From a virus (lineage: Duplodnaviria > Caudoviricetes): a stretch of DNA of 52,566 nt. The notes beneath the pieces are model-generated. The model was not told the DNA's origin and made no database searches. It saw only the letters and a program-made list of their open reading frames with translations. A program made the position numbers and the translations under genes. Below are positions 30,033 to 39,524 of this stretch, piece by piece (positions within the stretch are counted from its first letter, which is position 1; each line of letters begins with the position of its first letter). The stretch covers positions 1 to 52,566 of IMG/VR virus record IMGVR_UViG_3300044627_003899; one strand, given 5' to 3'.

Positions 30033-30387
30033 AGTTCTTCCTTAATATTTCAATAAACTCTTTATTTACGTGAGGTTTTCTTGGAACGATTAAATTAAAT
30101 TTTTGCGTCTCTTTGCTATAAATAAGATAAGGAACACAAGAGTTTTCACAATTAAATCTATCAAATTTTGATTCTTGTTCTCCGCAAGTTGGGTGCGTAT
30201 GGTAAATGGCCGCTAGTTTCCCACTTCTAATTTTACGCATAATCTCTAATGGGTGTATTTCAAATATCTCATCTTGGTATGAAGCTATATTTTTAGCTGG
30301 TTCGCTTTTTAAAACTCCATCCTCAACCAAAATAAATCCACAAACTTCAATTTCAGACGTATTCGCGTGTTCGATAATAGATTTCAT
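30025..30387 (-). CDS. JAB/MPN domain protein (lambda K N-domain-like, no NlpC/P60)
   Basis: EVCGFI, IYHTHP..S.FD, PYLI. Confidence 0.85.
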   Translation of the reverse strand: MKSIIEHANTSEIEVCGFILVEDGVLKSEPAKNIASYQDEIFEIHPLEIMRKIRSGKLAAIYHTHPTCGEQESKFDRFNCENSCVPYLIYSKETQKFNLIVPRKPHVNKEFIEILRKNYD

Positions 30388-31910
30388 TATTGATTTATTG
30401 CGTATTCTTCTGTTCCAGGAAAGCCACCAAAAGGAAGCGCATCGTTGCTTCCAAATCTAAGCTTACAACCATTTATTGATTTTGAACACTGATCCGTAGC
30501 CCAAAATTCTCCATTGAAAGATGGATGCTTTGAGCCGGTTGCGGTGTGTGTTTTTTTGCACATATAAAATTTCAATAACGGCGTCCAGTTTGGTATTTCA
30601 TTTATATTTTTTTTAGCAACTTTTATATGTGGGTTTTCTATATAAACATAATCTCCAACTTTATAATTACTATCAACTTTCCATAAACCTTTATTTAGGT
30701 TGTTTCTTAAAGCTTTGATTTCGATGGTTACCCATGCGTCTAATGGCGAAGATGAGAAAAATCTTTGAAGATTTGTTAACAAATTTCTTTCTGACGCATC
30801 GTAATACCATCTTGCGCTTGGAACAGAAACCCAAGTTGAAGACGCAGGGACTTTATAATAAATAGTCAAACCTTGTGGGTTTGGATTTTGAGCACCCGCG
30901 TTTTCATAAAAACGGATTAGTACGCGATGATAGCCTTCTTTTAAAATTATAGATCCTGTTGTGCCTTGAGGGGTTGTACCTGTTTGCGGCCCTTTGCCAT
31001 AATCTCCTGCAATTAATTTACCATCTATAAATATTTCAGCAGCATCGTCTGGATCAACGCCAAAATAATATTCTCCGCCCTCTGAAGAGTCAACCTTAAA
31101 ATAACCAAGATATTCAAGGTAATAATTATCTTGGCTATAAACCGAAACGGAAGTGACTACATCTTCTCCACCAGGGGTTTGAAATTGAGCCGCCGCTATT
31201 TTACTAGTAAATTGAGCGCTATTATTTGGCTCAACCGCATCAGTGGTATTATATTTTCTTCTTATCAAACCAGGAGTAAATGTAATTTCTTTAGCCAGTA
31301 ATGTTTTATCGTTTTCATCAGCTACTGGCGGGCCTACATAACGACATCCATTTCCACGGTAATGGAAACCGCAATATCTTGCCATCACTGTTCTTCTTGG
31401 GAAAGTTACGCTATCTATTTCTAAAGGAGAAGCTAATTCAAATTCTACTAAAGATCTATTTTCATTCGCTCTTCTTAAAATAAAAAATACTTGATCTTCT
31501 AAACCCGCTGTTGAATCAGCGGAGCCATATGGATTTAAACCATCAGAAAAGTTAACATTGTCTAAAAACTTTACAAACGTTCTTTTTCTTACAATTTTTG
31601 CTCCAACAAGATTATTATACCTTCTAATTAAATTAGAAATAAAGAAGTCTTGATTAGATACGGCGAGCTTGGGCCTTGGCAAACCTCCATCCCCTTTTGC
31701 CTCAAATCCAGAGCTTTGAATTGGAAACGGAAGGTATTCTTGGCCTTGCCAATAAATAGAGCCATTAATTCCATTAGTTCCGCCATGAATGTAAAGTTTA
31801 TCATCTGGACGATTAATGTAATCGTAATAAATAATGAAAAACTCTAACAAAGCCGTTGGCTCAAGCGAAAAAAGCTCTGTATTGACTTTTTGATTTGCCC
31901 CTCTTGACAT
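30387..31910 (-). CDS. Minor tail protein L-like with PA14 and CBM-like inserts
   Basis: WQGQEY.PFPIQ.SGFE, PRPKL, VEFELASP, C.F.YRG.GC.Y, DQCSKS..GCKLRF, PFGGFPG; PA14 DPDDAAEIFIDG. Confidence 0.9.
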   Translation of the reverse strand: MSRGANQKVNTELFSLEPTALLEFFIIYYDYINRPDDKLYIHGGTNGINGSIYWQGQEYLPFPIQSSGFEAKGDGGLPRPKLAVSNQDFFISNLIRRYNNLVGAKIVRKRTFVKFLDNVNFSDGLNPYGSADSTAGLEDQVFFILRRANENRSLVEFELASPLEIDSVTFPRRTVMARYCGFHYRGNGCRYVGPPVADENDKTLLAKEITFTPGLIRRKYNTTDAVEPNNSAQFTSKIAAAQFQTPGGEDVVTSVSVYSQDNYYLEYLGYFKVDSSEGGEYYFGVDPDDAAEIFIDGKLIAGDYGKGPQTGTTPQGTTGSIILKEGYHRVLIRFYENAGAQNPNPQGLTIYYKVPASSTWVSVPSARWYYDASERNLLTNLQRFFSSSPLDAWVTIEIKALRNNLNKGLWKVDSNYKVGDYVYIENPHIKVAKKNINEIPNWTPLLKFYMCKKTHTATGSKHPSFNGEFWATDQCSKSINGCKLRFGSNDALPFGGFPGTEEYAINQ

Positions 31911-31933
31911 TTCCTTTTACCTTTAATTATATT
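31904..31933 (+). promoter_or_regulatory. sigma70-type promoter overlapping the start codon of gene L
   Basis: TTGACA-N18-TATATT-N6-ATG 31940. Confidence 0.5.
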
Positions 31934-31937
31934 ACAC
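31932..31937 (-). promoter_or_regulatory. GTGTAA motif heading the tail operon
   Basis: CAGTGTAAT on minus strand, 21 nt before ATG 31910. Confidence 0.45.
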
Positions 31938-31939
31938 TG

Positions 31940-32431
31940 ATGGGCACTAAAAACCAAATAAAAATAGACTCCTTTGAAATTCGCCCGTTAAGAACTAACG
32001 ATATTCCAGAGGTTCTTAGGTTAGCTGTAAAAGCTCAAGGGTCGTTTGGCATCACATCCACCGTATCTCCTTCTATGTTTTTAAAAGAGATGGCGGTTGG
32101 CATACAAAACAACTCAAAAACAACGATGGTCTTTGTCGCGCCTAATCTTGCAATTTTTTGCGTATTTGTATTTAGGCATCTAACTAGTGTTTCGGCAGAA
32201 TTGAGTTATGTATTTTCTGATCCTAGAGTAATTCAAACAGAAAAATTGAAAAAATCAGCTTACGATCTATTTGCTAATTGCGGATACAGAGAGGTTTACG
32301 TAAATGTTTTCAAAAAACGAAAAAGACTGAATTCGTTTTTAAAAATTTTAAAAACCTATGGCTTTTCAGAGGTTATGGAAGATAACGACTCTTTTCTAAA
32401 ATTGAAGTTCAAAAAGCTTGACAACCCTTGA
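31940..32431 (+). CDS. GNAT-like hypothetical protein
   Basis: EIRPLRTNDIPEV, AELSYVF, LKTYGFSE. Confidence 0.55.
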   Translation: MGTKNQIKIDSFEIRPLRTNDIPEVLRLAVKAQGSFGITSTVSPSMFLKEMAVGIQNNSKTTMVFVAPNLAIFCVFVFRHLTSVSAELSYVFSDPRVIQTEKLKKSAYDLFANCGYREVYVNVFKKRKRLNSFLKILKTYGFSEVMEDNDSFLKLKFKKLDNP

Positions 32432-32452
32432 GAAAGCGTATTCCCGTAGGGA

Positions 32453-32827
32453 ATGAAGTTTGAGAGATTGGTTCAGATAGCCAGAAGCCTAATCATCTAT
32501 GATGGGGTTGACTTGCGTTGCCGTCACTTCGCATTCATCTTAAACAAAAACAAAATTGTTTCGATTGGAAAGAACTCTAAGAAGTCGCACCCAATCAACC
32601 AAAAATATGGTTACTTTGATGGGAGTGGACTACACGCAGAAGCTTGTGCGGTCATTAAATCTGGCAAAGTTGATCATACCAAGAATACTTTGGTTACATT
32701 TCGAATCGATAGGAACGACAATTTGGCAATGGGGAAACCTTGCAAACACTGCCAAAAGCTATTGAAAGATGTTGACTTCAAAGAAATATACTATACCAAC
32801 GAGCAAGGAAACTTTTGTAAAGCATGA
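32453..32827 (+). CDS. Zn-dependent cytidine/dCMP deaminase-family protein
   Basis: HFAFI..IVSIGKN, LHAE, KPCKHC. Confidence 0.88.
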   Translation: MKFERLVQIARSLIIYDGVDLRCRHFAFILNKNKIVSIGKNSKKSHPINQKYGYFDGSGLHAEACAVIKSGKVDHTKNTLVTFRIDRNDNLAMGKPCKHCQKLLKDVDFKEIYYTNEQGNFCKA

Positions 32828-33822
32828 ATATTTTAATTATCGAAGCTACAAGCAAACGCAAGCCCCTTGCCGAAGATTACAGTGATACCTCTATTGTTCA
32901 CTGCCGTAATAGCCTCATCCTAAAGCGCGCTCTTGGCGCAGACCTTCTTGATGGCGAATATGCGCTACCACAAGTGCTTGCCAAGCAGTATGATGTGATC
33001 ATTTGTGCCTATGCTTCGCCCTATATGCCTCACGTACCTTACAGGCAAATTCTTGAGAAAAACCCAAAGGCGCGTTATGTTTGGCTCGTAAACGATCACG
33101 ATGTTGAAGACAATCAGCTTTTGCGCTGGGGCGTAATCAATATGGGCTTAGTGTACGATATGATCTGCAACAATCCAAGAGAAGGGTATCGCCATTGGAT
33201 CTTGAACAAGAATATCGCAAATAGAAAACTTAATGATTTCATCCACAAGTGGCTCACAGTTAATTTAAACTCTTTGATTATTGATCCAGACAGAACCCCA
33301 GTAAACCACTCAGATAAAAATGGGGTTATTTATTATGGAACTTATCGCAAGTGGCGGGCAGAATCTTTTAAGAAGTTCTTGACAAAGGGCGTTTTTCTTT
33401 CAGCCTCTAGCAAGAACTGGAAAAAGTTCCAAGCTCTTGGTTGCGATTGCAATTATATGCCAAAGCTTGAATGGCAAAAGAACAATGAAGACCTCCGCAA
33501 GTTTAAATATTCAATTTATATGGAAGACGAGCATACTCACACTAACTATGCTTTTCTTGCCAACCGTTTCTATGAAGCTTTGATGTCTGACGTTGTGATG
33601 CTGTTCGATGCCGACTGCGCTAATACGATCCAGAAATGCGGCTACAAGATCCCAGACAACCTAATCATCACCAATGACAAACTTAAAGATGGCTTAGTTA
33701 CCTACGCAGATTCATTAGCTTTTCAAACCAATCTTATGTATCAGCAGCTTTTCTTTGACAAAGCCGTGGAAGAAAAGAATGAAGCTGTCTCGCAAATCAA
33801 AAAATTCTTAAACGTAACATGA
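32824..33822 (+). CDS. GT-B glycosyltransferase resembling T4 DNA beta-glucosyltransferase
   Basis: VIYYGTYRKWRAES and NRFYEALMSDVVMLFD parallel T4 BGT VIYGGSFRSGQRES and LRVWETMASDAVMLID (recalled, not aligned computationally). Confidence 0.7.
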   Translation: MNILIIEATSKRKPLAEDYSDTSIVHCRNSLILKRALGADLLDGEYALPQVLAKQYDVIICAYASPYMPHVPYRQILEKNPKARYVWLVNDHDVEDNQLLRWGVINMGLVYDMICNNPREGYRHWILNKNIANRKLNDFIHKWLTVNLNSLIIDPDRTPVNHSDKNGVIYYGTYRKWRAESFKKFLTKGVFLSASSKNWKKFQALGCDCNYMPKLEWQKNNEDLRKFKYSIYMEDEHTHTNYAFLANRFYEALMSDVVMLFDADCANTIQKCGYKIPDNLIITNDKLKDGLVTYADSLAFQTNLMYQQLFFDKAVEEKNEAVSQIKKFLNVT

Positions 33823-34112
33823 AATATAAAGCTCGTTTCGTTATTCCGAATGTTTCCGCTGAAAAAGTTGGCGTCAACCTGACTTCGACTTATTTAGTCG
33901 ATGTCGTTTCCTATAAAAACCCATTTCTTTATGTTACGATTCTAGATGGCGAACTAAAAAATACTTGCCTTCTTGTAGAACAGCAGGGAAATGTTTTCAA
34001 GGAATATTGCCTTGTTATTTCTGGCTGGATGAACCATAACTATTGGACCCAAGACTCTTACCTCTTTCAAGGCGCAATTGAACTATTCTCCACAAATGAT
34101 AAAGTACTATAA
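33819..34112 (+). CDS. Hypothetical protein
   Basis: ATGA-coupled ORF. Confidence 0.65.
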   Translation: MKYKARFVIPNVSAEKVGVNLTSTYLVDVVSYKNPFLYVTILDGELKNTCLLVEQQGNVFKEYCLVISGWMNHNYWTQDSYLFQGAIELFSTNDKVL

Positions 34113-34317
34113 GCCAACCTCGACTTTCTCAGTCCTCGCTGACAACCCAAAGCTTGGACTTCCTTATCAAACCATCACCCTTTACAAAGATGAACCCTTC
34201 TCTGTAGAGAATAAACAGAAAGATCTTTTTGATTCCTCAATCGAATATTGGACAAATGTCCAAGGCTGGGTTCTCAAAATCACTCAAAACGAATTAGATA
34301 ATCTAATTCACGCCTAA
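34096..34317 (+). CDS. Hypothetical protein
   Basis: ORF in tightly packed operon. Confidence 0.6.
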   Translation: MIKYYKPTSTFSVLADNPKLGLPYQTITLYKDEPFSVENKQKDLFDSSIEYWTNVQGWVLKITQNELDNLIHA

Positions 34318-34318
34318 T

Positions 34319-34987
34319 ATGATGACCAAAAAAGAACAGGAAGAGAAAGTATTCTCTGAACTGTCAAAAATTAAAACCGATGTCGAAGATTTTGTCGGCA
34401 AGAAAATCACCCGAAAGAACTTCAAAAAAGTTATCGTTCAGCTAACTCAAAAAATCGCCAGTTCAGAAGACGAGTCTTCTACACCCGAAGAATTTCAGAA
34501 AAAGGTTTCAAACTTTTTTGAGGTTTGTCATAGCTGTTTAGGAGACGTTATCTGGTCAGAGCTTAAAGAAAAAGGTCTTATTGTTAAGATTTGCTATGGA
34601 GATGAGGTAATGTCTGTTTGGAATATTCCAATAAAGACATTTTTTGTCAGCCAAGATAACTTCACCACTACTACAACTTTGATGGCAAAAAGTTTACTTG
34701 ATTGCATGGTAGCGTTTTTCCTCAGTCCTAATCTGCGCTCCTTAGTGATGGAGGGCGACCAAGAAGCTATCAAGACCCTTTATAATTCTTTTAATCGCCC
34801 ATCTGCAAGTTCGACCATCATTAATTTAAAGTTAATGCGAGACAACTTCCCAGAATTCTACGAGCACATCACAACAAAGCTTGATGTGATGACAGTAGAG
34901 GGAATGGAAAAGTATGCTAAAGATAAGCTGAAGCAAGAAAAGCGCACTAATGTCAGAAAGAAAAGTCGTTCTGTCAACAGAGCCTAA
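34319..34987 (+). CDS. Hypothetical protein
   Basis: 222 aa ORF. Confidence 0.7.
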   Translation: MMTKKEQEEKVFSELSKIKTDVEDFVGKKITRKNFKKVIVQLTQKIASSEDESSTPEEFQKKVSNFFEVCHSCLGDVIWSELKEKGLIVKICYGDEVMSVWNIPIKTFFVSQDNFTTTTTLMAKSLLDCMVAFFLSPNLRSLVMEGDQEAIKTLYNSFNRPSASSTIINLKLMRDNFPEFYEHITTKLDVMTVEGMEKYAKDKLKQEKRTNVRKKSRSVNRA

Positions 34988-35864
34988 CTGGTTTGGGCTG
35001 GGTGACACTATTTGGTTTTTGCCTACAGTAAAAAGGCTTAGTTTAACTTTTAAACAAAAAATCAGTATCGTCACTCAGTACCCACAGTTATTCAAAAATA
35101 ATCCTTATGTTGGCGATATCTTTTCGCTGAAGGACTTTGACTTTTCTTCTCAAGCGGCAAATCCATTTTGCTTTCGCCCTCTTAATGGGGCAAATCCATT
35201 CTGGTTTGGCATAAACATTAAACAGTACATCGCAAATAAATGCGGATTTTCTCTTCTGCCAGAGGAAGAGGAGATTTTTTTCTTTCGGGAAAAACCCATC
35301 AAAAGAGAGTTGCCCAAAGACTATGTTTTGATTAACGCCTCAAAGCGAGGGGTAGATAGAGACTTAGGGCAAGAGGGCTGGCAAAAGATCGTAGATATTT
35401 TAAATAAAAAAGATATTCCTGTTGTTGTGGAAGGTCCGACACAACACACTTACGATCTCCAAATAAATAATGGATTAAATTTACGAGGAGCCGTTGACTC
35501 AATCAGTGAATCTTGGCATCTGATAAATGATTCATTTTGCTACTTGACATTCGACACAGGAATGTACATTCTCGCTGGAACAACAGAGGCTCAAATATTT
35601 TTAGTCAATTCTTATTTCGAAAACCATTGGCACAAGCCTTATAGAAACAATTCTTATGATTATAAATTATCAGTGATAGAAGGAAGATGCATTGAAAAAT
35701 GCCTTGGTAATTTAAAATACTATGTAACACCGAATGGTTTAAGCCAGTTCAGAGTTCAAACTTGTCCATTAAATATAAATTTCCGCTGTATTCCAAGCCC
35801 AGAAACAATTTCAGAAAGGATAATAAATTATTATGTCTCTCGAAAAAGCAATAAAGCACAATAA
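34950..35864 (+). CDS. GT9-like glycosyltransferase (intact two-lobe form)
   Basis: GLGDTIWFLP, LFKNNPYV, YVLIN, NLRG, LTFDTGMYILAG. Confidence 0.8.
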   Translation: MSERKVVLSTEPNWFGLGDTIWFLPTVKRLSLTFKQKISIVTQYPQLFKNNPYVGDIFSLKDFDFSSQAANPFCFRPLNGANPFWFGINIKQYIANKCGFSLLPEEEEIFFFREKPIKRELPKDYVLINASKRGVDRDLGQEGWQKIVDILNKKDIPVVVEGPTQHTYDLQINNGLNLRGAVDSISESWHLINDSFCYLTFDTGMYILAGTTEAQIFLVNSYFENHWHKPYRNNSYDYKLSVIEGRCIEKCLGNLKYYVTPNGLSQFRVQTCPLNINFRCIPSPETISERIINYYVSRKSNKAQ

Positions 35865-36030
35865 AGAAAAGCGTAAGGCATATTGGGGCTCCAAAGCTTT
35901 TGATACGTCTTGCCGAAATCATGGAAGCTGCTCTTGGTGCGAGGGCAATAGATTTTATTCAGAAAAAAAGCGCAAGGCTTCTGCCAAAGATCAGCTTGAT
36001 CGTTACTACGATTACTACGACGAACAATAA
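35833..36030 (+). CDS. Small Cys/His hypothetical phage protein
   Basis: SCRNHGSCSWCEGNR. Confidence 0.7.
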   Translation: MSLEKAIKHNKEKRKAYWGSKAFDTSCRNHGSCSWCEGNRFYSEKKRKASAKDQLDRYYDYYDEQ

Positions 36031-36698
36031 TGCCTTACCTTAACGCAAATATTCCTGTTTTTACCGCTTATTTAAAAAGCGACTTTCTTTATAACGAAGA
36101 AAATAAGACCACAGATTATGTTCTGTGCGAGGTTCTTGGCATTACAAGCTTAACAAGACGATGCCTAACCTTTCAAATAATGACAGAGTATGGCTCTCGT
36201 CATGACAGAGTGCCCATTCACTATCTTGTAAATGATCCAGTCCACCAAAATTATCCCTTAGATTGGCTCCAGCTTTGGGACTGCTATTCTAATTCTCTAT
36301 CAGTCACAAGATACGAGTACCATAAAAATTCAGCAGTCAAGATACAGCTAAAGAATCGTGAATGGGTAAATGGCAAATATTTGTTTACCGTTGATTGGCA
36401 CGACAACCCAGATGCTCCATACGGCTACTCTGAAATGGCAGGAGGTCACAAGTGCGGGCATCTAATATGGGGACTGTCAACCAGCAACGGCGAACCTGTA
36501 AACCAACTGTTTTTCCAGCCAAATAATAGAATACTCTGGAAAGATGGCGGTGCATTTATTTCAAAGAAATTCGACAAGAGGCCAGACTGGAAAGTTTTTG
36601 ATAAAGAGTTTTCTTGTGAAGGCTCCAGCAAATGGCAAGCCGAAGATAATTGGGACTATTTCTACCAGTTCAATCATGAACAAGAATCTGATAAATAA
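36030..36698 (+). CDS. Hypothetical phage protein
   Basis: MPYLNANIP, LQLWDC, YLFTVDW, HKCGH, QPNNRILW. Confidence 0.75.
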   Translation: MPYLNANIPVFTAYLKSDFLYNEENKTTDYVLCEVLGITSLTRRCLTFQIMTEYGSRHDRVPIHYLVNDPVHQNYPLDWLQLWDCYSNSLSVTRYEYHKNSAVKIQLKNREWVNGKYLFTVDWHDNPDAPYGYSEMAGGHKCGHLIWGLSTSNGEPVNQLFFQPNNRILWKDGGAFISKKFDKRPDWKVFDKEFSCEGSSKWQAEDNWDYFYQFNHEQESDK

Positions 36699-37161
36699 GA
36701 TAGTAGTATGCGCCTTGCTAGCTTTGTTGGTTTTTGTTTACTTTTATAAACCAAAGAAGACTCAATACGAAGTTTTTTATTTTAATAGCGAGCAAGAGCT
36801 AGCCGTTTCATTGCAAATAAAATCACTTCAAGCTGGAGGGCGTCCAGTCTTGGTCTTGCCCACAGGATCAATGCGCCCGACTGTACAAGACTACGATTAC
36901 GTTATCATTATCCCCCCTTCTGAACAGCCGTATGACACCATCAAAGAAGGCGACATCGTGATGTATAAGGCTGAATGGACTACTCAAGATATTCCAGTTT
37001 TGCACCGAGCAGTAACTAAAGATCGGTGGGGTTGGATAATGAAAGGCGACAACCCAAATAATTCTTACGAAAATAAAAGTAGAGTCACAGCGCAGAATTA
37101 TCTTGGCAAACTGCATTCGATCTATAGGCTAAAAACGAATGATCGAAGTCCAAATAACTAA
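36676..37161 (+). CDS. Signal peptidase I, S26B (Ser/His, SipW/SEC11-type)
   Basis: N-terminal TM helix, TGSMRPT, GDIVMY, VLHR, KGDN. Confidence 0.85.
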   Translation: MNKNLINKIVVCALLALLVFVYFYKPKKTQYEVFYFNSEQELAVSLQIKSLQAGGRPVLVLPTGSMRPTVQDYDYVIIIPPSEQPYDTIKEGDIVMYKAEWTTQDIPVLHRAVTKDRWGWIMKGDNPNNSYENKSRVTAQNYLGKLHSIYRLKTNDRSPNN

Positions 37162-37627
37162 AGATATGGTCAGCGAAGCCCTTGACAGGGCGGCGCAAGT
37201 ACCTTTGCTGAGAAATTCTGACACTAATGGTCACGGGCAAAAGATCGCAGCCCTGAGTGATCTTATGGTTCAGAAGACTTGGGGCGGCAGAATTATGTCC
37301 AACAAAAGCTACGATTTTGATTGGATCTCTCCCAAGTTATTTTTATTTGAAATAAAAGCCAAGGAGCGGAACGTTGTTCCCCAACCTTGGCACAACTGCG
37401 CGGTCAAAGAATACAATACTAAACAGCAATGCGATTACTATCTTTTTACCAGCATCTTTGGCGATTACAGCAGAGGCTGGATTCTCGGCCACATTAAGAA
37501 AGAAAAGTTTTTTGATTTAGCTGAATTTTATAAGAGTGGAGAAGTTGACCCCGATCCTCGCGGAGACAAATACGTTTTCCCCTCAAGCTGCTACAATTTA
37601 AAAATCGAACAGTTAACTTCTAATTAA
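37139..37627 (+). CDS. Hypothetical protein, PD-(D/E)XK-like
   Basis: YDFD..EIKAK, CDYYLF, GWILG. Confidence 0.6.
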   Translation: MIEVQITKDMVSEALDRAAQVPLLRNSDTNGHGQKIAALSDLMVQKTWGGRIMSNKSYDFDWISPKLFLFEIKAKERNVVPQPWHNCAVKEYNTKQQCDYYLFTSIFGDYSRGWILGHIKKEKFFDLAEFYKSGEVDPDPRGDKYVFPSSCYNLKIEQLTSN

Positions 37628-37635
37628 TAAAAAAA

Positions 37636-38028
37636 ATGGGCCACTACATTCCAACTAGATACAAGTATATTCACAATAAATTTTTCAATAGGCAGTTTAA
37701 AAATATTGATCAATCAAAAATCTTTTTTTCTCCAGAAGATGAAGATTTGAGGTCGCATTTAGCCGATTTGATAAATGATGACGGATTCTTGCACCTAAGA
37801 TGCCAACAGGATTTTTTGTTTGCTGTTCATTTGGAAATTGCGGACAGAATGGGATGGAATCCCGAAAGAAGCAGAAGATTTTGCGTAACCCACATCAATG
37901 GCAACAGAATGGACAACCGTAGAGAAAATTTAAAATTAGTCACTCGGTCAGAACTTAAAGCGATAGCTAAGGAAAGAAAAAATAATCAAAAAAATCTATT
38001 GACAGAAGCACATTCTTGCGTAACTTAA
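37636..38028 (+). CDS. HNH-like endonuclease, probably degenerate
   Basis: VTHINGNRMDNRRENLKLVT; terminal Asn replaced (RSEL). Confidence 0.65.
   Translation: MGHYIPTRYKYIHNKFFNRQFKNIDQSKIFFSPEDEDLRSHLADLINDDGFLHLRCQQDFLFAVHLEIADRMGWNPERSRRFCVTHINGNRMDNRRENLKLVTRSELKAIAKERKNNQKNLLTEAHSCVT
37999..38026 (+). promoter_or_regulatory. sigma70-type promoter, leaderless geometry
   Basis: TTGACA-N16-TAACTT-N7-ATG 38034. Confidence 0.55.
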
Positions 38029-38033
38029 CCAGT

Positions 38034-38954
38034 ATGCAACTCTCACTTTGCTGCATCTCCAACGTTCTTGCCGAGCGCGGAATCAAGTTCCAGACTATGA
38101 CCCTGACTCGTTTCCTTGCGCTCCCTCGCGCCGAGGCTATTCGCACTCTCAGCGAGCGCATCCTCAACAACTTCATCGTTACCAATGCAACTATTCAATA
38201 CTGCGCCAATTGCGGTATTGCTGGCTATCGCTTGTCGTCCTCTCTTGCCCCTGTCATCGACCATCCTGACGTTAACTTACGTCTGCAAGATTTGCCTAAT
38301 TGGTCTGACCTTCGCGCTGCTCTCGACGCCATCTCTCGCACCATCAAGCTTACCGGCGTTCGCGTCTCTGCTCACCCTTCAGAGTACATCACCTTGACCA
38401 GCAATGACGCCTCCGCAGTCAACAACAGCATCACCGATCTTGCTTCACACGCTGATCTGTTCGACTTGCTCGACTTGCCTAACGACTACCGCTCTCCCCT
38501 CAACATTCACTGCCGTCAAGACGGCGATCCTGCCGAGGTTTCGCAGCGTTTCCTTTCCAACTTCAATCGCCTGCCCAGCAACGTTCGTTCTCGCCTTGTG
38601 CTAGAGGTCAACGACAACGTTAACGGCACTTGGTCCGTCTCTAACCTTCACAAATATTTCTTTCTGACCGCAGGAATTCCAATCACTTACGATTCCTTGC
38701 ACCGTCAGTTCTGCAATCACGGCAACGATGACCGCGCTGACTTCGACCTTGCCTACTCTACTTGGCCCACAGTTCCTCTTTTTCATTACTCAGAAGGTAT
38801 TGACAATACTCGTAAGCACGCTCTCATGCCTTCTAGCGTCCCTAACTCTTACGGTCGCCCTGTATTTTTCGACGTAGAACTCAAGAACAAAGACTATGCC
38901 ATCTATCAAATCCTCCGCAACATCCAAGCTCCAAAGCCAATTAATAACGATTAA
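38034..38954 (+). CDS. uvsE: UV damage endonuclease
   Basis: LCCIS, YRLSS, RVSAHPSEY, LNIH, LVLEVND, ITYDSLH, PLFHYSE, H, DVELKNKD. Confidence 0.92.
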   Translation: MQLSLCCISNVLAERGIKFQTMTLTRFLALPRAEAIRTLSERILNNFIVTNATIQYCANCGIAGYRLSSSLAPVIDHPDVNLRLQDLPNWSDLRAALDAISRTIKLTGVRVSAHPSEYITLTSNDASAVNNSITDLASHADLFDLLDLPNDYRSPLNIHCRQDGDPAEVSQRFLSNFNRLPSNVRSRLVLEVNDNVNGTWSVSNLHKYFFLTAGIPITYDSLHRQFCNHGNDDRADFDLAYSTWPTVPLFHYSEGIDNTRKHALMPSSVPNSYGRPVFFDVELKNKDYAIYQILRNIQAPKPINND

Positions 38955-39252
38955 AAATCAGGTCGAGGAGACTTTATCGCAAAAGAATTTGCGCTTTGAG
39001 AGCGCACCTTTAGAAATCGAAAACGAAACAGAAGACGAAAAGATTATCGGCTATACGATAAAGACATCTCAAATCTCTGCGTCGATCATTCCAAATTTTA
39101 GAAACAGAAAAATAGAATTTCTTGTTCTGAACGAGAAGATGATCGAGCACCTTTTGCAAGAAGGCTTCTCTGACGAAGAGATTATGGCTAATGGTAGAGT
39201 TTGGTTTCACTTGAAGAAGAAGAGCGACTTTTTAAAATTGGTCTCAAATTAA
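38896..39252 (+). CDS. Hypothetical protein
   Basis: 118 aa ORF. Confidence 0.6.
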   Translation: MPSIKSSATSKLQSQLITIKNQVEETLSQKNLRFESAPLEIENETEDEKIIGYTIKTSQISASIIPNFRNRKIEFLVLNEKMIEHLLQEGFSDEEIMANGRVWFHLKKKSDFLKLVSN

Positions 39253-39262
39253 TTCATAAAAA

Positions 39263-39499
39263 ATGAAGTTCAATCCAATCTTTAGCTCAAAGGATGTCAA
39301 AGAGGTCTACGAGATGTACAATCTACTCAGCGAGGGATTTTTAAAGAATTTTAAATACCAAGCTGAGTTCAGAATTACTACCTCTTCTTTTAAGAGCGAC
39401 TTTGTTCTGAGTGCCGAATACTCCTCGGAAATCGAGCGTAAGTGGCTGGAAGATAAGGTTCTGGAGATTTCTTCAGAAAAAGTTAAGAAAACCTCTTGA
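39263..39499 (+). CDS. Hypothetical protein
   Basis: 78 aa ORF. Confidence 0.6.
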   Translation: MKFNPIFSSKDVKEVYEMYNLLSEGFLKNFKYQAEFRITTSSFKSDFVLSAEYSSEIERKWLEDKVLEISSEKVKKTS

Positions 39500-39524
39500 C
39501 GAACGCTGTGCCTTGTGGCACATT
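39496..39524 (+). promoter_or_regulatory. sigma70-type promoter for rIIA
   Basis: TTGACG-N17-(TGn)CACATT. Confidence 0.5.

Noticed and set aside
20279-31910. Diversity-generating retroelement acting on tail genes
   Set aside because: No reverse transcriptase or TR/VR repeat pair visible in the window
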